Shown: in pieces, positions 41,563 to 52,515 of the stretch
How the letters are laid out: every line of letters starts with the position of its first letter
Numbering within the stretch: the stretch's first letter is position 1
Assembly (NCBI GenBank): GCA_947455645.1
Contig: CANGPA010000005.1
Coordinates: forward strand, 319 to 64,318
DNA: 64,000 nt
Direction of reading: 5' to 3'
Source of the DNA: Hyphomicrobiales bacterium
Lineage (GTDB): Bacteria > Pseudomonadota > Alphaproteobacteria > Rhizobiales > Beijerinckiaceae
The notes under the pieces: generated by a model
The model's database searches: none
The model's input: the letters and a program-made list of their open reading frames with translations, nothing else
Told to the model about the DNA's origin: nothing
Made by a program: the position numbers and the translations under genes

Positions 41563-42102
41563 TTACTCGAATTTTTCGTCGGGATAGACGCCCCAAAGCT
41601 GGTTTTGCGGGACATAACCGTCAAATTTGATCCCCTCTGCCCCCTCGCCCACGATCCGGCACCATTTGGTGTCACATGTGCGCACGGTCGCCAGCACATT
41701 GGGCATCAGCGCCGCTGACATCGGGGCGGCATCTTCGGCGCGGGTCCGCAAAGGGACCGGTCTATCCTTGCCCCAAGGGGCGATCAGCGCCGTGCGGCGC
41801 CCGGACAAGAGGCTGTGCAAAACCCACCCCTCGGCACCCTCGGAATCCCGAATCCGGCGCCAATTATCCGATTCCGCGACAATTTCGACCGGAAGACCCG
41901 CTTTTTCATAGATCCATTTGGTCCGCTGCTCTTTGCTCGGCCCTTCCCGGAGATTGACGCGGTCCGATTTCAGGCTCGCAAAGCGCGGCAGTGGCAGATT
42001 GCTGGCTGCGCCGACGCCGGGTTCTGGCGCCGCTGCGCGCGCGCTCTGACCGCCCTCGACGAGGGATGCGAGCATCAAAACCGCGACCACCAACCGGAGC
42101 AT
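41563..42102 (-). CDS. exported bacterial SH3-domain protein
   Basis: This is the 3' third of track ORF 41563..43140. The ATG at 42102 gives the signal peptide MLRLVVAVLMLASLVEGGQSARA, then SH3b-like LPLPRFASLKSDRVNLREGP...WRRIRDSEGAEGWV. Confidence 0.7.
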   Translation of the reverse strand: MLRLVVAVLMLASLVEGGQSARAAAPEPGVGAASNLPLPRFASLKSDRVNLREGPSKEQRTKWIYEKAGLPVEIVAESDNWRRIRDSEGAEGWVLHSLLSGRRTALIAPWGKDRPVPLRTRAEDAAPMSAALMPNVLATVRTCDTKWCRIVGEGAEGIKFDGYVPQNQLWGVYPDEKFE

Positions 42103-42327
42103 AGATTCCCTCGTCAAGACGCCTGCCCACACCCGTTGTTTTTCGCCGTCCGCCTCGCTAGAGAGAACAAACAAGACGATGCGTTTCAACAGCCAAGGCA
42201 CATTTTTTATGTGTGAGACGTGTTTCTTGTTTGGGACTTGGTCGGTTAAGACTTGGTAAAGAATAAGACTCGCGCGGCCAAAACGCTGAAGTGAAGAAGA
42301 CGCGCAAGCGAAAAGGGAAATTTGGGT

Positions 42328-43323
42328 ATGCCCCACCAAAAGCCGCTTGTTGTTGTCACGCGTCGCTTGCCCGAAAGCGTTGAGACCCGCATGCGGGAAT
42401 TGTTCAATGCGTCTCTCAATATCGATGATCACGCGATGAGCAAAGACGAGCTGATCGAAGCGGTCAAAAAAGCCCATGTTCTGGTTCCCACCGTTACCGA
42501 CGAGATCGACGCCGATGTGATCGCGGCGGCCGGAGAGCACCTCAAACTCATCGCCAATTTTGGCAATGGTGTGGACCATATTGATGTTGCCGCCGCGCAA
42601 GCGCGCGGCATCAGCGTCACCAACACGCCCGGCGTTTTGACGGATGACACCGCCGACATGACCATGGCATTGATCCTCGCCGTATCCCGCCGCATTGCAG
42701 AAGGGGCACGCGTGATCCCCGAAGGCCATTTCCACGGTTGGTCTCCGACCTGGATGCTGGGCCATCGCATCACCGGAAAGCGCATCGGCATTGTCGGCAT
42801 GGGCCGGATCGGACAGGCGCTTGCGCGTCGTGCGAAAGCCTTCGGCCTGCAGGTGCATTATCATAATCGTCGTCCGGTCGCCCCCGCAATCGAACAAGAG
42901 CTTGAAGCCACCTACTGGGACTCGCTCGATCAAATGTTGACGCGCATGGATATTGTGTCGGTCAACTGCCCCCACACCCCGGCGACCTATCATCTCCTGT
43001 CGGGCCGTCGCCTGAAACTCTTGAAGCGCGATGCGATCCTCGTGAACACCGCGCGCGGTGAAATCATCGATGAAACCGCGCTCATCAAAATGCTTGAAGC
43101 GGGCGAGCTTGCCGGTGCCGGCCTTGATGTGTTCGAGCATGAACCCGCGGTGTCACCGCGTATGCTCAAACTCGCCAAGCAGCATAAAATTGTTGTGCTG
43201 CCTCACATGGGTTCGGCAACCGTCGAAGGACGTGTCGAAATGGGTGAGAAGGTGATCATCAATATCCGCACCTTCATGGACGGCCACCGCCCGCAAGATC
43301 GCGTCATCGCGTCGATGGTGTGA
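42328..43323 (+). CDS. D-isomer-specific 2-hydroxyacid dehydrogenase (glyoxylate/hydroxypyruvate reductase-like)
   Basis: GIVGMGRIGQALARRA NAD fold and PHMGSAT catalytic-His region. ATG at 42328. Confidence 0.85.
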   Translation: MPHQKPLVVVTRRLPESVETRMRELFNASLNIDDHAMSKDELIEAVKKAHVLVPTVTDEIDADVIAAAGEHLKLIANFGNGVDHIDVAAAQARGISVTNTPGVLTDDTADMTMALILAVSRRIAEGARVIPEGHFHGWSPTWMLGHRITGKRIGIVGMGRIGQALARRAKAFGLQVHYHNRRPVAPAIEQELEATYWDSLDQMLTRMDIVSVNCPHTPATYHLLSGRRLKLLKRDAILVNTARGEIIDETALIKMLEAGELAGAGLDVFEHEPAVSPRMLKLAKQHKIVVLPHMGSATVEGRVEMGEKVIINIRTFMDGHRPQDRVIASMV

Positions 43324-43328
43324 GTGGT

Positions 43329-43406
43329 CGGCAATTGGCAATTGATTATCCGCCGCGATAAAGATCGCTCAATCAACGATTGACGAATTCCGATTGCCGA
43401 TTGCCG
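43329..43406. repeat. long inverted repeat built from tandem heptamers
   Basis: CGGCAATTGGCAATTG (43329-43344) pairs with CGATTGCCGATTGCCG (43391-43406): 14 Watson-Crick pairs plus 2 G-U pairs when read on the + strand. It lies between convergent genes. Confidence 0.6.
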
Positions 43407-43412
43407 TCTTTA

Positions 43413-44375
43413 TCACAGCCCTTCAAACAAAGCCGTCGACAGATAACGCTCGGCGAAGCTTGGAATGATGATGACGATATTCTTGCCTTTTGACTCAGGC
43501 CGCGCGGCGATTTCCAACGCAGCGGCAACAGACGCGCCTGATGAAATGCCCGTGGGAATGCCTTCAATGCGCGCGAGCAAGCGTGCGGTATCAAATGCGG
43601 TTTGATTACCGATACGCACCACTTCATCAATGATGGAGCGATCAAGAATATCCGGCACAAAGCCCGCACCAATACCTTGAATTTTATGCGGGCCGGGATT
43701 GCCGCCCGAGAGCACAGGTGAATCTTCAGGCTCAACCGCAACCACTTTCACATTCGGATTACGCGCCTTCAACACTTGGCCCACGCCGGTGATCGTGCCG
43801 CCTGTGCCCACACCCGAAATAAAGACATCCACATTGCCATGTGTGTCGTTCCAGATTTCTTCAGCCGTTGTGCGGCGATGAATATCGGGATTGGCGGGAT
43901 TCTTGAATTGCTGCGGAATGACAGAGCCCGGAATCGACGCTTTCAATTCCTCAGCCTTTGCAATCGCGCCTTTCATGCCGAGTGGTGCCGGTGTCAATTC
44001 GAGTTCAGCACCAAGAAGTGCCAGCATTTTGCGGCGCTCGATCGACATTGATTCCGGCATCACGAGAATTAAACGATAGCCGCGCGCAGCAGCAACGAAT
44101 GCGAGCGCAATACCCGTATTGCCAGACGTGGGCTCAATCAAAGTCGCGCCCGGCTTGATCGCGCCCGCTTGTTCGAGCGCATCAATCATATTGACGCCGA
44201 TGCGGTCTTTCACACTCGCAATCGGATTGAAAAATTCGAGCTTGGCGAGGAGATGGGCGTGCACGCCCTTGTCTTTTGCGATCCGGTCGAGCCGCACAAT
44301 CGGCGTGTCGCCAATCGTGTCCGTAATGGAATTATAGATGCGGCCACGGCCGGGCTTATGTGCGGATGCTGACAT
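43413..44375 (-). CDS. cysK: cysteine synthase A (O-acetylserine sulfhydrylase)
   Basis: PLP-lysine motif [11 protein letters not shown] and GNTGIALA. The ATG at 44375 has an AGGAG RBS. Confidence 0.92.
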   Translation of the reverse strand: MSASAHKPGRGRIYNSITDTIGDTPIVRLDRIAKDKGVHAHLLAKLEFFNPIASVKDRIGVNMIDALEQAGAIKPGATLIEPTSGNTGIALAFVAAARGYRLILVMPESMSIERRKMLALLGAELELTPAPLGMKGAIAKAEELKASIPGSVIPQQFKNPANPDIHRRTTAEEIWNDTHGNVDVFISGVGTGGTITGVGQVLKARNPNVKVVAVEPEDSPVLSGGNPGPHKIQGIGAGFVPDILDRSIIDEVVRIGNQTAFDTARLLARIEGIPTGISSGASVAAALEIAARPESKGKNIVIIIPSFAERYLSTALFEGL

Positions 44376-44418
44376 GGGATGAGACTCCTGAACACCTAAG
44401 ATCACACGAAGGCTAGTC

Positions 44419-44458
44419 TAATTCACAGAGACTGTCGATAATTAATTTAATTCACAGA
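44419..44458. repeat. 11-bp exact direct repeat in the A+T-rich Rrf2-cysK spacer
   Basis: TAATTCACAGA occurs at 44419-44429 and 44448-44458 (29-bp period), 44-83 nt upstream of the cysK ATG. Confidence 0.7.
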
Positions 44459-44459
44459 T

Positions 44460-44909
44460 TTAAATTGAGAAATCGGCCGTTTCCTTGGCGGCGTTGAAGC
44501 CGGCCTTGTCCGCGGACATGCAAAGATCATCGACCGTGATCGCATCGAGATGCGCCAGAAAGGCTTGGCTTGCGATTTTGACTTCCGGCTCAATCACGCG
44601 ATCAACCAGCAAGGAATGAGGCTCGGGAATGGATTGGGCGTCATCATCGGATGCCATGGCCGCGCGCACAATGTTTCCGGCAGTGATCCGGCGGCGCTCG
44701 GTGGCCAATTCATAACCGCCACGCGGTCCACGCACGCCTTTGAGAATTCCCGCGCGCACCAGCGCCTGCAGCAGCGTTTCGAGATGGCGCGGCGGCAATT
44801 GATGCCGCTCGGACAGCGCTTTGGCCGGAACCGGATCGGGTCGCGCATGGATAGCGACATCCACAACGGCGGCAATCGCCAGCATACTGCGGCGGGAGAG
44901 CAAATTCAT
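44460..44909 (-). CDS. Rrf2-family transcriptional regulator
   Basis: 149 aa with an Rrf2-type wHTH (LPPRHLETLLQALVRAGILKGVRGPRGGYELA). No three-Cys Fe-S cluster motif is evident. Confidence 0.8.
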   Translation of the reverse strand: MNLLSRRSMLAIAAVVDVAIHARPDPVPAKALSERHQLPPRHLETLLQALVRAGILKGVRGPRGGYELATERRRITAGNIVRAAMASDDDAQSIPEPHSLLVDRVIEPEVKIASQAFLAHLDAITVDDLCMSADKAGFNAAKETADFSI

Positions 44910-44954
44910 GTCAAACGTCCTTCCCTAAAGCCCAAGGCCCGGGAAAGACGTGGT

Positions 44955-45407
44955 TTACACGCCTGTCGAGCCGTAACCACCCGCGCCGCGCCCCGTTTCA
45001 GTGAGACTCACACGCTCTTCCATCGCCGCTTGAGTCACCGGTGCGACGACAAGCTGGGCGATCCGCATGCCCCGCGTCACCGTGAAGGGTTCCTCACCAT
45101 GATTGATGAGCAACACCGCCACCTCGCCGCGGTAATCCGCATCGATGGTCCCCGGTGCGTTCAACACCGTCACACCATGTTTCAAAGCGAGGCCCGAACG
45201 CGGGCGAACCTGCGCCTCAAATCCCGCCGGAAGCTCAATACACAATCCTGTATGGATTAATGCACGTTTCCCAGCAGAAATTGTGAATATAGGGGTTTCT
45301 GGAATCGCCGCAAGCAAATCCATGCCGGCGGCCCCTGCGGTTTCATAGCGCGGGAGGGGCAGGCCCTCTGCATGCGGCAAGCGTCGAACGCCGATCACAA
45401 TCGTCAT
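44955..45407 (-). CDS. dut: dUTP diphosphatase
   Basis: 150 aa with [26 protein letters not shown] and GGYGSTG motifs. Confidence 0.95.
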   Translation of the reverse strand: MTIVIGVRRLPHAEGLPLPRYETAGAAGMDLLAAIPETPIFTISAGKRALIHTGLCIELPAGFEAQVRPRSGLALKHGVTVLNAPGTIDADYRGEVAVLLINHGEEPFTVTRGMRIAQLVVAPVTQAAMEERVSLTETGRGAGGYGSTGV

Positions 45408-45410
45408 AAT

Positions 45411-46634
45411 TCAGGACTTTTTGGGGAGAAGGCGGGCAAATTCGGCGATTAAGCGCGTAGCCACCTCGGTTTTGGGGAGTTTTGGCCAGGTTTCAACGCC
45501 CCGTACCGTGACCAGATGGACGATATTAGCATCGCCGCCCATCACCTCAGTACCCGCCCCGACATCATTGGCGACAATCACATCGCAGCCTTTGGAGGCA
45601 AGTTTGCCCTTGGCATAGGTCAGAACATCCGTAGTTTCAGCGGCAAAGCCGACAACCAAAGCGGGGCGGCCCTTCTTGCGGGTGGCGATTGTCGCCAGAA
45701 TATCGGGGTTGGGATCCAGCGCGAGGCTCGGCGGGGGGGCGCCCTTCTGTTTCTTGATTTTATCCTTGGCCTCGGTTTTCACCCGCCAATCGGCAACGGC
45801 CGCGCAAAAAATCGCGAGATCGGCCGGCATCGCGTGTTCTACTGCGCCGAGCATGTCAGCGGCGGTCTCGACATGAACCGTTTTCACGCCATGCGGATCA
45901 GGAAGGGACACAGGACCGGATATGAGGGTAACTTTCGCACCCGCGGCCGCCGCCGCCGCCGCAAGAGCATGGCCCTGTTTGCCCGAAGAGCGGTTAGCGA
46001 TGTAGCGCACCGGATCAATCGGCTCATGCGTCGGGCCGGATGTGATCACGACATGTTTGCCCGAAAGCGGGCCTTTGCCTGAAGGCTTGCTGCCGAGCGC
46101 GGTCTCAATCGCATCGGCAATGGCTAAGGGCTCCGCCATACGGCCGGGGCCGAATTCGCCACAGGCCATCTCGCCCTCGTCAGGCCCGACAAACAACACA
46201 CCGTCCTTTTTAAGCGTCGCCAGATTGCGGGTGGTCGCGGCGTGGGTCCACATCCGCACATTCATCGCAGGGGCCACAAGCACGCGCTTGTCGGTGGCGA
46301 GCAATGCGGTGGAGGCGAGATCATTCGCCAAACCATGGGCCATTTTCGCGAGAAGATCAGCGGTCGCTGGCGCAACCACAACCAGATCAGCCGAACGCGA
46401 TAATTCGATATGGCCCATCTCGGCTTCATCCGTCAGCGAAAAGAGATCGGTGAAAACCTTTTCGCCCGCAAGACTTGCCACTGAAAGCGGCGTGACAAAT
46501 TCCGACCCCGCTTTGGTGAGAATGGCGTGCACCGCCCCACCACGTTTTTTGATCTCGCGGATGAGCTCAAGCGATTTATAGGCCGCAATTCCGCCGCCGA
46601 TGATGAGGAGGACGGATTTTCCAGATAAAGACAT
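45411..46634 (-). CDS. coaBC: bifunctional phosphopantothenoylcysteine decarboxylase / synthetase
   Basis: 407 aa with the flavoprotein N-terminus LLIIGGGIAAYK and the CoaB half ITSGPTHEPIDPVRYIANRSSGKQG. Confidence 0.93.
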   Translation of the reverse strand: MSLSGKSVLLIIGGGIAAYKSLELIREIKKRGGAVHAILTKAGSEFVTPLSVASLAGEKVFTDLFSLTDEAEMGHIELSRSADLVVVAPATADLLAKMAHGLANDLASTALLATDKRVLVAPAMNVRMWTHAATTRNLATLKKDGVLFVGPDEGEMACGEFGPGRMAEPLAIADAIETALGSKPSGKGPLSGKHVVITSGPTHEPIDPVRYIANRSSGKQGHALAAAAAAAGAKVTLISGPVSLPDPHGVKTVHVETAADMLGAVEHAMPADLAIFCAAVADWRVKTEAKDKIKKQKGAPPPSLALDPNPDILATIATRKKGRPALVVGFAAETTDVLTYAKGKLASKGCDVIVANDVGAGTEVMGGDANIVHLVTVRGVETWPKLPKTEVATRLIAEFARLLPKKS

Positions 46635-46701
46635 TGATCTCGACCTAACTCTTTAAATCCGACGAACTCAAAAGAATGATCAACTCAGGATCAAGATGGA
46701 A

Positions 46702-48264
46702 TTATAAAACGTGTAAAGCAAACGCCACCAAAACAGCCGCAATAATCCATAGTGCAAGATTGCCCCAGCGGTTACGGCGGGCTTCGGCGCGGCCGATATT
46801 TTCGATGGAACGCGCATCCAGCGGGAAGCCCTTCTCGCTCGCATCCGACAAAAGCTGCGTCAGCGTTTCGGCGCGATGAACGAGCGTCGGCAATTGACCG
46901 ATCATACCGGCGAGTGACACCGCACCGCGACCCAATTCTTCAATCTTGCCGATGGGGCCGAGATTGCGTTCGATCCAGCCGCGCACCACGGGCTCTGCCG
47001 TCGTCCACATATTGAGTTGCGGATCGAGCGAACGCGCCACACCTTCCACAACCACCATCGTCTTTTGTAGCATCACAAGTTCGGTGCGCGTGCGCATGTC
47101 GAAGAGACCCGTGACTTCAAACAAAAGCGTCAACAATTTCGCCATCGAAATCTGATCGGCGGAACGCTGATGAATGGGTTCACCAATCGCGCGGATCGCT
47201 TGCGCGAAATCATCCACCGAATGGCGCGGCGGCACATAGCCAGCTTCGAAATGCACTTCGGCAACGCGGCGATAATCGCGCGTGATAAAGCCCAACAAAA
47301 TCTCGGCAAGAAAGCGGCGCTCTTTCATGCCAAGGCGCCCCATAATGCCGAAATCAACCGCGCAGAGTCTACTCGCCTCATCCACAAACAAATTGCCCGG
47401 ATGCATATCCGCATGGAAAAATCCATCACGCAACGCGTGACGCAAGAAACTCTGGATGACAATGCGACCCAAAGCGATGCGGTCATGGCCTTGTGCCGCA
47501 ATCTGCTCGATATCATGCAACGGAATGCCGTCGATCCATTCCATCGTCAGCACTTCGCGCGCCGTCAAATCCCAATTCACAGAGGGAACGCGAAACTCTG
47601 CATCCTCGCGCGTGTTTTCAGCCATTTCTGAAAGTGCTGCCGCTTCAAGCCGCAAATCCATTTCCATGGTGACTGAGCGTGCGAGCGTTTCAACCACATC
47701 AACAAATTTCAACCGCCGCGCTTCTGCCGAGAGGTCTTCCATGGTTTCAGCCGCATAGGCCATCGCCGCCAGATCACGTCTGAACCGTGCACGCACGCCG
47801 GGGCGCAACACTTTCACCGCAAGCGTTTCACCATTATGGGTGATCGCGCGATGCACTTGCGCAATGGAAGCGGCCGCAATCGGTTCGCTGAATTCGGAAA
47901 ACAGCGCCTCAATCGGTTTGCCGAAAGCGGTCTCGAGCGTGTGCACTGCTTCCGTCTGTCCGAAGGGTGGAATGCGGTCTTGCAATTTTTCGAGATCACG
48001 CGCGACGCGCACGCCCACAACATCGGGCCGCGTCGCCATGAATTGACCGAGCTTGATGTAAGACGGGCCAAGGCGCGTCAGCGCGGCAACCAAACCTTCC
48101 GCACTCGAAGAAGCACCACGCTTTTCAACCAACCGCGCCAGACGCAAAAGTGCCGCAACACCCGCAGGCAAATCAACCGGATCGACCAGCGCAAACGCGC
48201 CTTCCCGCGCGAGCACAAAGCCGACACGGATCAATCGCAGCAGATGGATCGGAGCAAACCGCAC
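46702..48264 (-). CDS. ubiB: UbiB/ABC1-family ubiquinone biosynthesis kinase-like protein
   Basis: AAASIAQVHRA, FHADMHPGNLFV. It is downstream of ubiE. The GTG at 48264 is preferred because the track start at 48312 overlaps ubiE by 38 nt. Confidence 0.88.
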   Translation of the reverse strand: MRFAPIHLLRLIRVGFVLAREGAFALVDPVDLPAGVAALLRLARLVEKRGASSSAEGLVAALTRLGPSYIKLGQFMATRPDVVGVRVARDLEKLQDRIPPFGQTEAVHTLETAFGKPIEALFSEFSEPIAAASIAQVHRAITHNGETLAVKVLRPGVRARFRRDLAAMAYAAETMEDLSAEARRLKFVDVVETLARSVTMEMDLRLEAAALSEMAENTREDAEFRVPSVNWDLTAREVLTMEWIDGIPLHDIEQIAAQGHDRIALGRIVIQSFLRHALRDGFFHADMHPGNLFVDEASRLCAVDFGIMGRLGMKERRFLAEILLGFITRDYRRVAEVHFEAGYVPPRHSVDDFAQAIRAIGEPIHQRSADQISMAKLLTLLFEVTGLFDMRTRTELVMLQKTMVVVEGVARSLDPQLNMWTTAEPVVRGWIERNLGPIGKIEELGRGAVSLAGMIGQLPTLVHRAETLTQLLSDASEKGFPLDARSIENIGRAEARRNRWGNLALWIIAAVLVAFALHVL

Positions 48265-48274
48265 GGGATGAGAC

Positions 48275-49066
48275 CTATAATTTCCACGCCGAGTGCAACT
48301 GTACAATGCCACCCGACATCGGACGCGCGCTCACACGACCAAACCCTGCCGCTTCAATCATCGACGAGAACCGCGCCGGTGTTGGAAATTTGCGGATCGA
48401 CTCGACGAGATATTGATAGGGCTCTGCATCACCGGTGACGAGACGTCCCATGGGCGGGATCAATTTGAACGAGAAGAGATCATAAATTTTATCAAGGCCG
48501 GGTACATCGACAGCCGAAAACTCAAGACACAAAAACCGCCCGCCATGTTTCAACACGCGATGGGCTTCTGCAAGCGCGCGATCAATGCGCGGCACATTGC
48601 GAATGCCGAAGGCGATTGTATAGGCGTCGAAACTTTTATCCGGCAACGGAAGGTCTTCCGCATTGCCTTGCACAAAATCGACTTGCGCTTGCAGCGCCTT
48701 CGGGGTGCGGTCGCGGCCGACCGCCAGCATATCGCCATTAATATCGAGCACCGTGGCTTGGCCGCGCGAACCGGCCGCCTCCATCACCCGAAACGAAATA
48801 TCCCCCGTGCCGCCTGCCACATCGAGCAAATGAAAGGGTCGTCCTTTCGGAGGGCGCAAAGCCGAAACCATCGCATCCTTCCATGCCCGGTGAAGGCCGA
48901 AGGACATGAGATCATTCATGAGGTCATAGCGGCGCGCGACCTTATGGAACACGTCATCGACGAGCGCCTGTTTCTGGCCCAGACGCACCGAAGAAAAACC
49001 GAAATGCGTCTCGGTGGCCTCGTCGGTCCGGTCGGTCGATCCGGGATTTCCTTGACTTTCCATCAT
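48275..49066 (-). CDS. ubiE: ubiquinone/menaquinone C-methyltransferase
   Basis: [17 protein letters not shown] and LDVAGGTGD. Confidence 0.93.
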   Translation of the reverse strand: MMESQGNPGSTDRTDEATETHFGFSSVRLGQKQALVDDVFHKVARRYDLMNDLMSFGLHRAWKDAMVSALRPPKGRPFHLLDVAGGTGDISFRVMEAAGSRGQATVLDINGDMLAVGRDRTPKALQAQVDFVQGNAEDLPLPDKSFDAYTIAFGIRNVPRIDRALAEAHRVLKHGGRFLCLEFSAVDVPGLDKIYDLFSFKLIPPMGRLVTGDAEPYQYLVESIRKFPTPARFSSMIEAAGFGRVSARPMSGGIVQLHSAWKL

Positions 49067-49147
49067 CTTCCAATCGCTTTCCGCTCGCGATCAAGACCAT
49101 AGCGCAGGGCGCGTCAAGACGCTATGCCAAGCGCGAGAGGACAAACC

Positions 49148-50029
49148 ATGCCCGAACTTCCCGAAGTTGAGACCGTCCGCCGCGGGTTGGAGCCTGCCAT
49201 GATGGGGCATAAAATCAGTCGTCTGGACGTCAATCGTCCCGATTTGCGCTTTCCCTTCCCAGTGAAATTCCGCGCGCGCCTCGAGGGGCAGCGCATCGAA
49301 AGCCTCGGGCGGCGCGCCAAATATCTCCTCGCCGATCTCTCCTCCGGCGAGGTGCTCATCATGCATCTCGGCATGAGCGGCCGTTTCACCATCGACAATC
49401 CGGCCACCCAACAAAAGCCCGGCGCCTTTCACCATCAGACCGGCGGGTCGGATGTGCATGACCATGTGATCTTCCATCTCGAGACCGGCACACGCATTGT
49501 CTATAATGATCCGCGCCGGTTCGGCTTTATGGATTTGGTGCCGCGATCGGAGCTCGAAACCTCGCGCCACTTCAAATCCATGGGCATCGAACCGCTCGGC
49601 AACGCGCTTGATGGTGACATCATCCGCGCCTTGTTTGCCGGCAAAAAGGCGCCGCTGAAAGCGGCCCTTCTCGATCAACGCCTCATTGCGGGTCTTGGCA
49701 ATATCTATGTGTGCGAGGCGCTTTATCGCGCCGGACTGTCACCCAAACGCAAGGCCGGCACGCTGTCAGCGGCGCGCGGTGCGATGAAAGACAAAGCCGA
49801 CGACCTCGCGCAGATCATCCGCGACGTCCTCACCGAGGCGGTTGAAGCCGGCGGATCATCCTTGCGCGATTTTGCGCAAACCGACGGATCGCTGGGCTAT
49901 TTCCAGCATCGATTCCGCGTTTATGATCGTGAAGGTGAGGCTTGCTCCACCAAAGCCTGCACCGGCATCATCAAGCGCATCACCCAAAGCGGGCGCTCGA
50001 GTTTTTTCTGTCCGCAATGTCAGAGATAA
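49148..50029 (+). CDS. mutM: formamidopyrimidine-DNA glycosylase
   Basis: [15 protein letters not shown]-terminus and a C-terminal zinc finger CSTKAC...FFCPQCQ. Confidence 0.95.
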   Translation: MPELPEVETVRRGLEPAMMGHKISRLDVNRPDLRFPFPVKFRARLEGQRIESLGRRAKYLLADLSSGEVLIMHLGMSGRFTIDNPATQQKPGAFHHQTGGSDVHDHVIFHLETGTRIVYNDPRRFGFMDLVPRSELETSRHFKSMGIEPLGNALDGDIIRALFAGKKAPLKAALLDQRLIAGLGNIYVCEALYRAGLSPKRKAGTLSAARGAMKDKADDLAQIIRDVLTEAVEAGGSSLRDFAQTDGSLGYFQHRFRVYDREGEACSTKACTGIIKRITQSGRSSFFCPQCQR

Positions 50030-50160
50030 GCCGATTGACGATCATCGGGCCCTGACCGCTGTCCGGTCCGGTTCACCTTGAATGCGTCCCCAAGGCAAGG
50101 TAGCACTCGCTGAGATCGACGATCGGCTCGTTCGGTCTTGGATACGAGGGGGTATGCGTC

Positions 50161-50934
50161 ATGGCCTATGAAACCATCAAAGTGGAAACACGCGGCAAAG
50201 TCGGCCTCGTGACGCTTCATCGGCCCGATGCGTTGAATGCGCTCAACAGCACCTTGATCCGCGAATTGAACAGCGCGCTCGACGGATTTGAAGCCGACGA
50301 GACCATCGGCGCCGTTGTCGTCACCGGATCAGACAAAGCCTTCGCCGCCGGTGCAGACATCAAGGAGATGAAGGATCTCTCCTTCCCCTCGACCTATCTC
50401 GAAGACTTCATTTCCTCTTGGGACCGCGTTGCCGCCCGTCGCAAGCCCCTCATCGCCGCTGTCTCCGGCTTCGCGCTCGGTGGCGGGTGCGAGCTCGCGA
50501 TGATGTGCGATTTCATTCTGGCGTCCGATACCGCCAAATTCGGGCAGCCCGAAATCAAGCTCGGCATCATGCCGGGCGCGGGCGGATCGCAACGTCTGAC
50601 GCGTGCCGTCGGCAAGGCCAAGGCCATGGACATGTGCCTGACCGGCCGAATGATGGACGCCGCCGAGGCCGAACGCGCAGGCCTTGTCTCGCGCATTATA
50701 CCGGTCGCCGACCTGGTCGAGGAGGCGATCAAAACCGCCGCGCTGATCGCCGATCTGTCACGCACGAGCGTGTTGATGACCAAGGAAGTGGTCAATCGGG
50801 CGTTTGAAACGACGCTTTCGGAAGGCATCCGGGTCGAGCGGCGGCTGTTCCAATCCCTTTTTGCAACCGCTGACCAGAAGGAAGGCATGGCCGCCTTTAT
50901 CGATAAGCGCGCGCCCCGCTTTACCAACCGCTGA
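50161..50934 (+). CDS. enoyl-CoA hydratase (crotonase family)
   Basis: 257 aa with [10 protein letters not shown] and [11 protein letters not shown] motifs. Confidence 0.9.
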   Translation: MAYETIKVETRGKVGLVTLHRPDALNALNSTLIRELNSALDGFEADETIGAVVVTGSDKAFAAGADIKEMKDLSFPSTYLEDFISSWDRVAARRKPLIAAVSGFALGGGCELAMMCDFILASDTAKFGQPEIKLGIMPGAGGSQRLTRAVGKAKAMDMCLTGRMMDAAEAERAGLVSRIIPVADLVEEAIKTAALIADLSRTSVLMTKEVVNRAFETTLSEGIRVERRLFQSLFATADQKEGMAAFIDKRAPRFTNR

Positions 50935-50953
50935 CGCGAACCCACGAACCTCC

Positions 50954-51754
50954 ATGTTAGGACTGGACTGGGATACGATCGCGCTTTTGACGGCGACCGC
51001 CTTTGCCGCGGGCTTTATTGACTCCATCGCCGGCGGCGGGGGCCTTTTGACCGTGCCGGCATTGCTCGTGGCCGGGATTGATCCCGTCACCGCGGTCGCA
51101 ACCAACAAGGTGCAAGGCACGCTCTCAATCGTCTCCGCCCTCGTCACCTATGGCCGCAAGGGGCTGATTGAGTGGCGGGTGGGCCTGCCTCTGGGGCTTG
51201 TGGCCTTCTGTTTCGGGATTTGCGGCGCTCTTTTGATCCAATTCTTCTCCCGCGCGGCCATTGCTGCCCTGATTCCGGTGCTTTTGATCGCGGTTGCGCT
51301 TTATTTCGGCCTCATGCGGGGCGTGGGAGATGCGGACCGCAAGGCCCGCATGACCCGGCTCGGCTTCATTCTGGTCGTGGTTCCGCCCATCGCCCTCTAT
51401 GACGGGTTTTTAGGCCCCGGCGCCGGCTCCTTCTACGCGGCCGCGCTCATCGCGCTTTTGGGCTTTGGCATCACGCGGATGACCGCCATGTCGAAGCTGT
51501 TGAATGGCGGGAGCAATCTCGGCTCCCTCTTCCTGTTCACGCTCACGGGGGCCGTCCATTGGCCGCTCGGGCTTGCGATGGGCGCCGCTTCGATCACCGG
51601 AGCCCAGATCGGCTCGCGGCTCGCGGTGCGCAAGGGGGCGCGGATCATCCGCCCCCTGATCGTGATTACCTGCTGCGCGCTCTCCATCCGGATGCTGCTC
51701 GACCCGACAAACCCGCTGCACGGGCTTTTGGTGAATCTTCGCATTCCGGGGTGA
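50954..51754 (+). CDS. TauE/SafE (TSUP) family anion exporter
   Basis: FAAGFIDSIAGGGGLLTVPAL. The ATG at 50954 replaces the track start at 50804, which overlaps the hydratase gene. Confidence 0.8.
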   Translation: MLGLDWDTIALLTATAFAAGFIDSIAGGGGLLTVPALLVAGIDPVTAVATNKVQGTLSIVSALVTYGRKGLIEWRVGLPLGLVAFCFGICGALLIQFFSRAAIAALIPVLLIAVALYFGLMRGVGDADRKARMTRLGFILVVVPPIALYDGFLGPGAGSFYAAALIALLGFGITRMTAMSKLLNGGSNLGSLFLFTLTGAVHWPLGLAMGAASITGAQIGSRLAVRKGARIIRPLIVITCCALSIRMLLDPTNPLHGLLVNLRIPG

Positions 51755-51904
51755 GGGTCATTGACGCGCAAGGCCCAAGCCGCTATGAACCCGCCCACGC
51801 AAGGGTCAAGCGATGTGCTCGTACCTTGACCGAATGACTTTCAAACCAAAGGCATGACTGTCCAACGCCTCTTACGGGCTTGGGTCATGTTTTGAGGACC
51901 GACC

Positions 51905-52171
51905 ATGGCGAATACGAAATCGGCTAAAAAAGCCGCCCGCAAAATCGAAACGCGCACTGCGGTAAACCGCAGCCGTCGTTCACGCGTGCGCACTTACGTT
52001 AAGAAGCTCGAAGAGGCTTTGAAGACGGGTGACAAGGCTGCCGCAACGGAAGCGTTCAAGCACGCCGAACCTGAATTGATGCGCGCCGCGCAAAAAGGTG
52101 TGATGCACAAGAAGACAGCCGCACGTAAAGTGTCGCGCATGTCAAAGGCGATCACCGCAATCAGCCAGTAA
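51905..52171 (+). CDS. rpsT: 30S ribosomal protein S20
   Basis: [30 protein letters not shown]. Confidence 0.95.
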   Translation: MANTKSAKKAARKIETRTAVNRSRRSRVRTYVKKLEEALKTGDKAAATEAFKHAEPELMRAAQKGVMHKKTAARKVSRMSKAITAISQ

Positions 52172-52217
52172 TCATCGGCGTTTGAACCTCTGTTTGGGTT
52201 CAACCTGAAGATGCAAG

Positions 52218-52245
52218 AAACCCCGCTCCGGCGGGGTTTTTCTTT
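52218..52245 (+). terminator. rho-independent terminator of rpsT
   Basis: CCCCGC-TCCG-GCGGGG followed by TTTTTCTTT. Confidence 0.75.
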
Positions 52246-52485
52246 ATCAGCACGCATCGACCGCGATGAGCGCTCACCCGCGCAAACCGTCGCCTCCGCA
52301 AGCGAATTATTTCAATCTTGTGACGATTTTTTTCTTGACACTGATCCTTCAAAAACAGCGTGAAAGCGACTGATTTTGACCCGCCTATTGCACAAAATAT
52401 ACGCATTAAAATCAATGCTTTAATCGATAAGGGAGAGGAGAACGCTCGAATGCGTCGAATCCACCCGCCAAGACCGGTTGAGATG

Positions 52486-52515
52486 AAAAAAAATTGAAAA
52501 AAAAATCGTCAAAAA
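52486..52515. other. phased A-tract block (A8, A9, A5) inside the dnaA upstream gap
   Basis: The A runs start at 52486, 52497 and 52511. By my count, the surrounding 60 bp (52481-52540) is about 22% G+C, in an otherwise GC-rich window. Confidence 0.6.
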
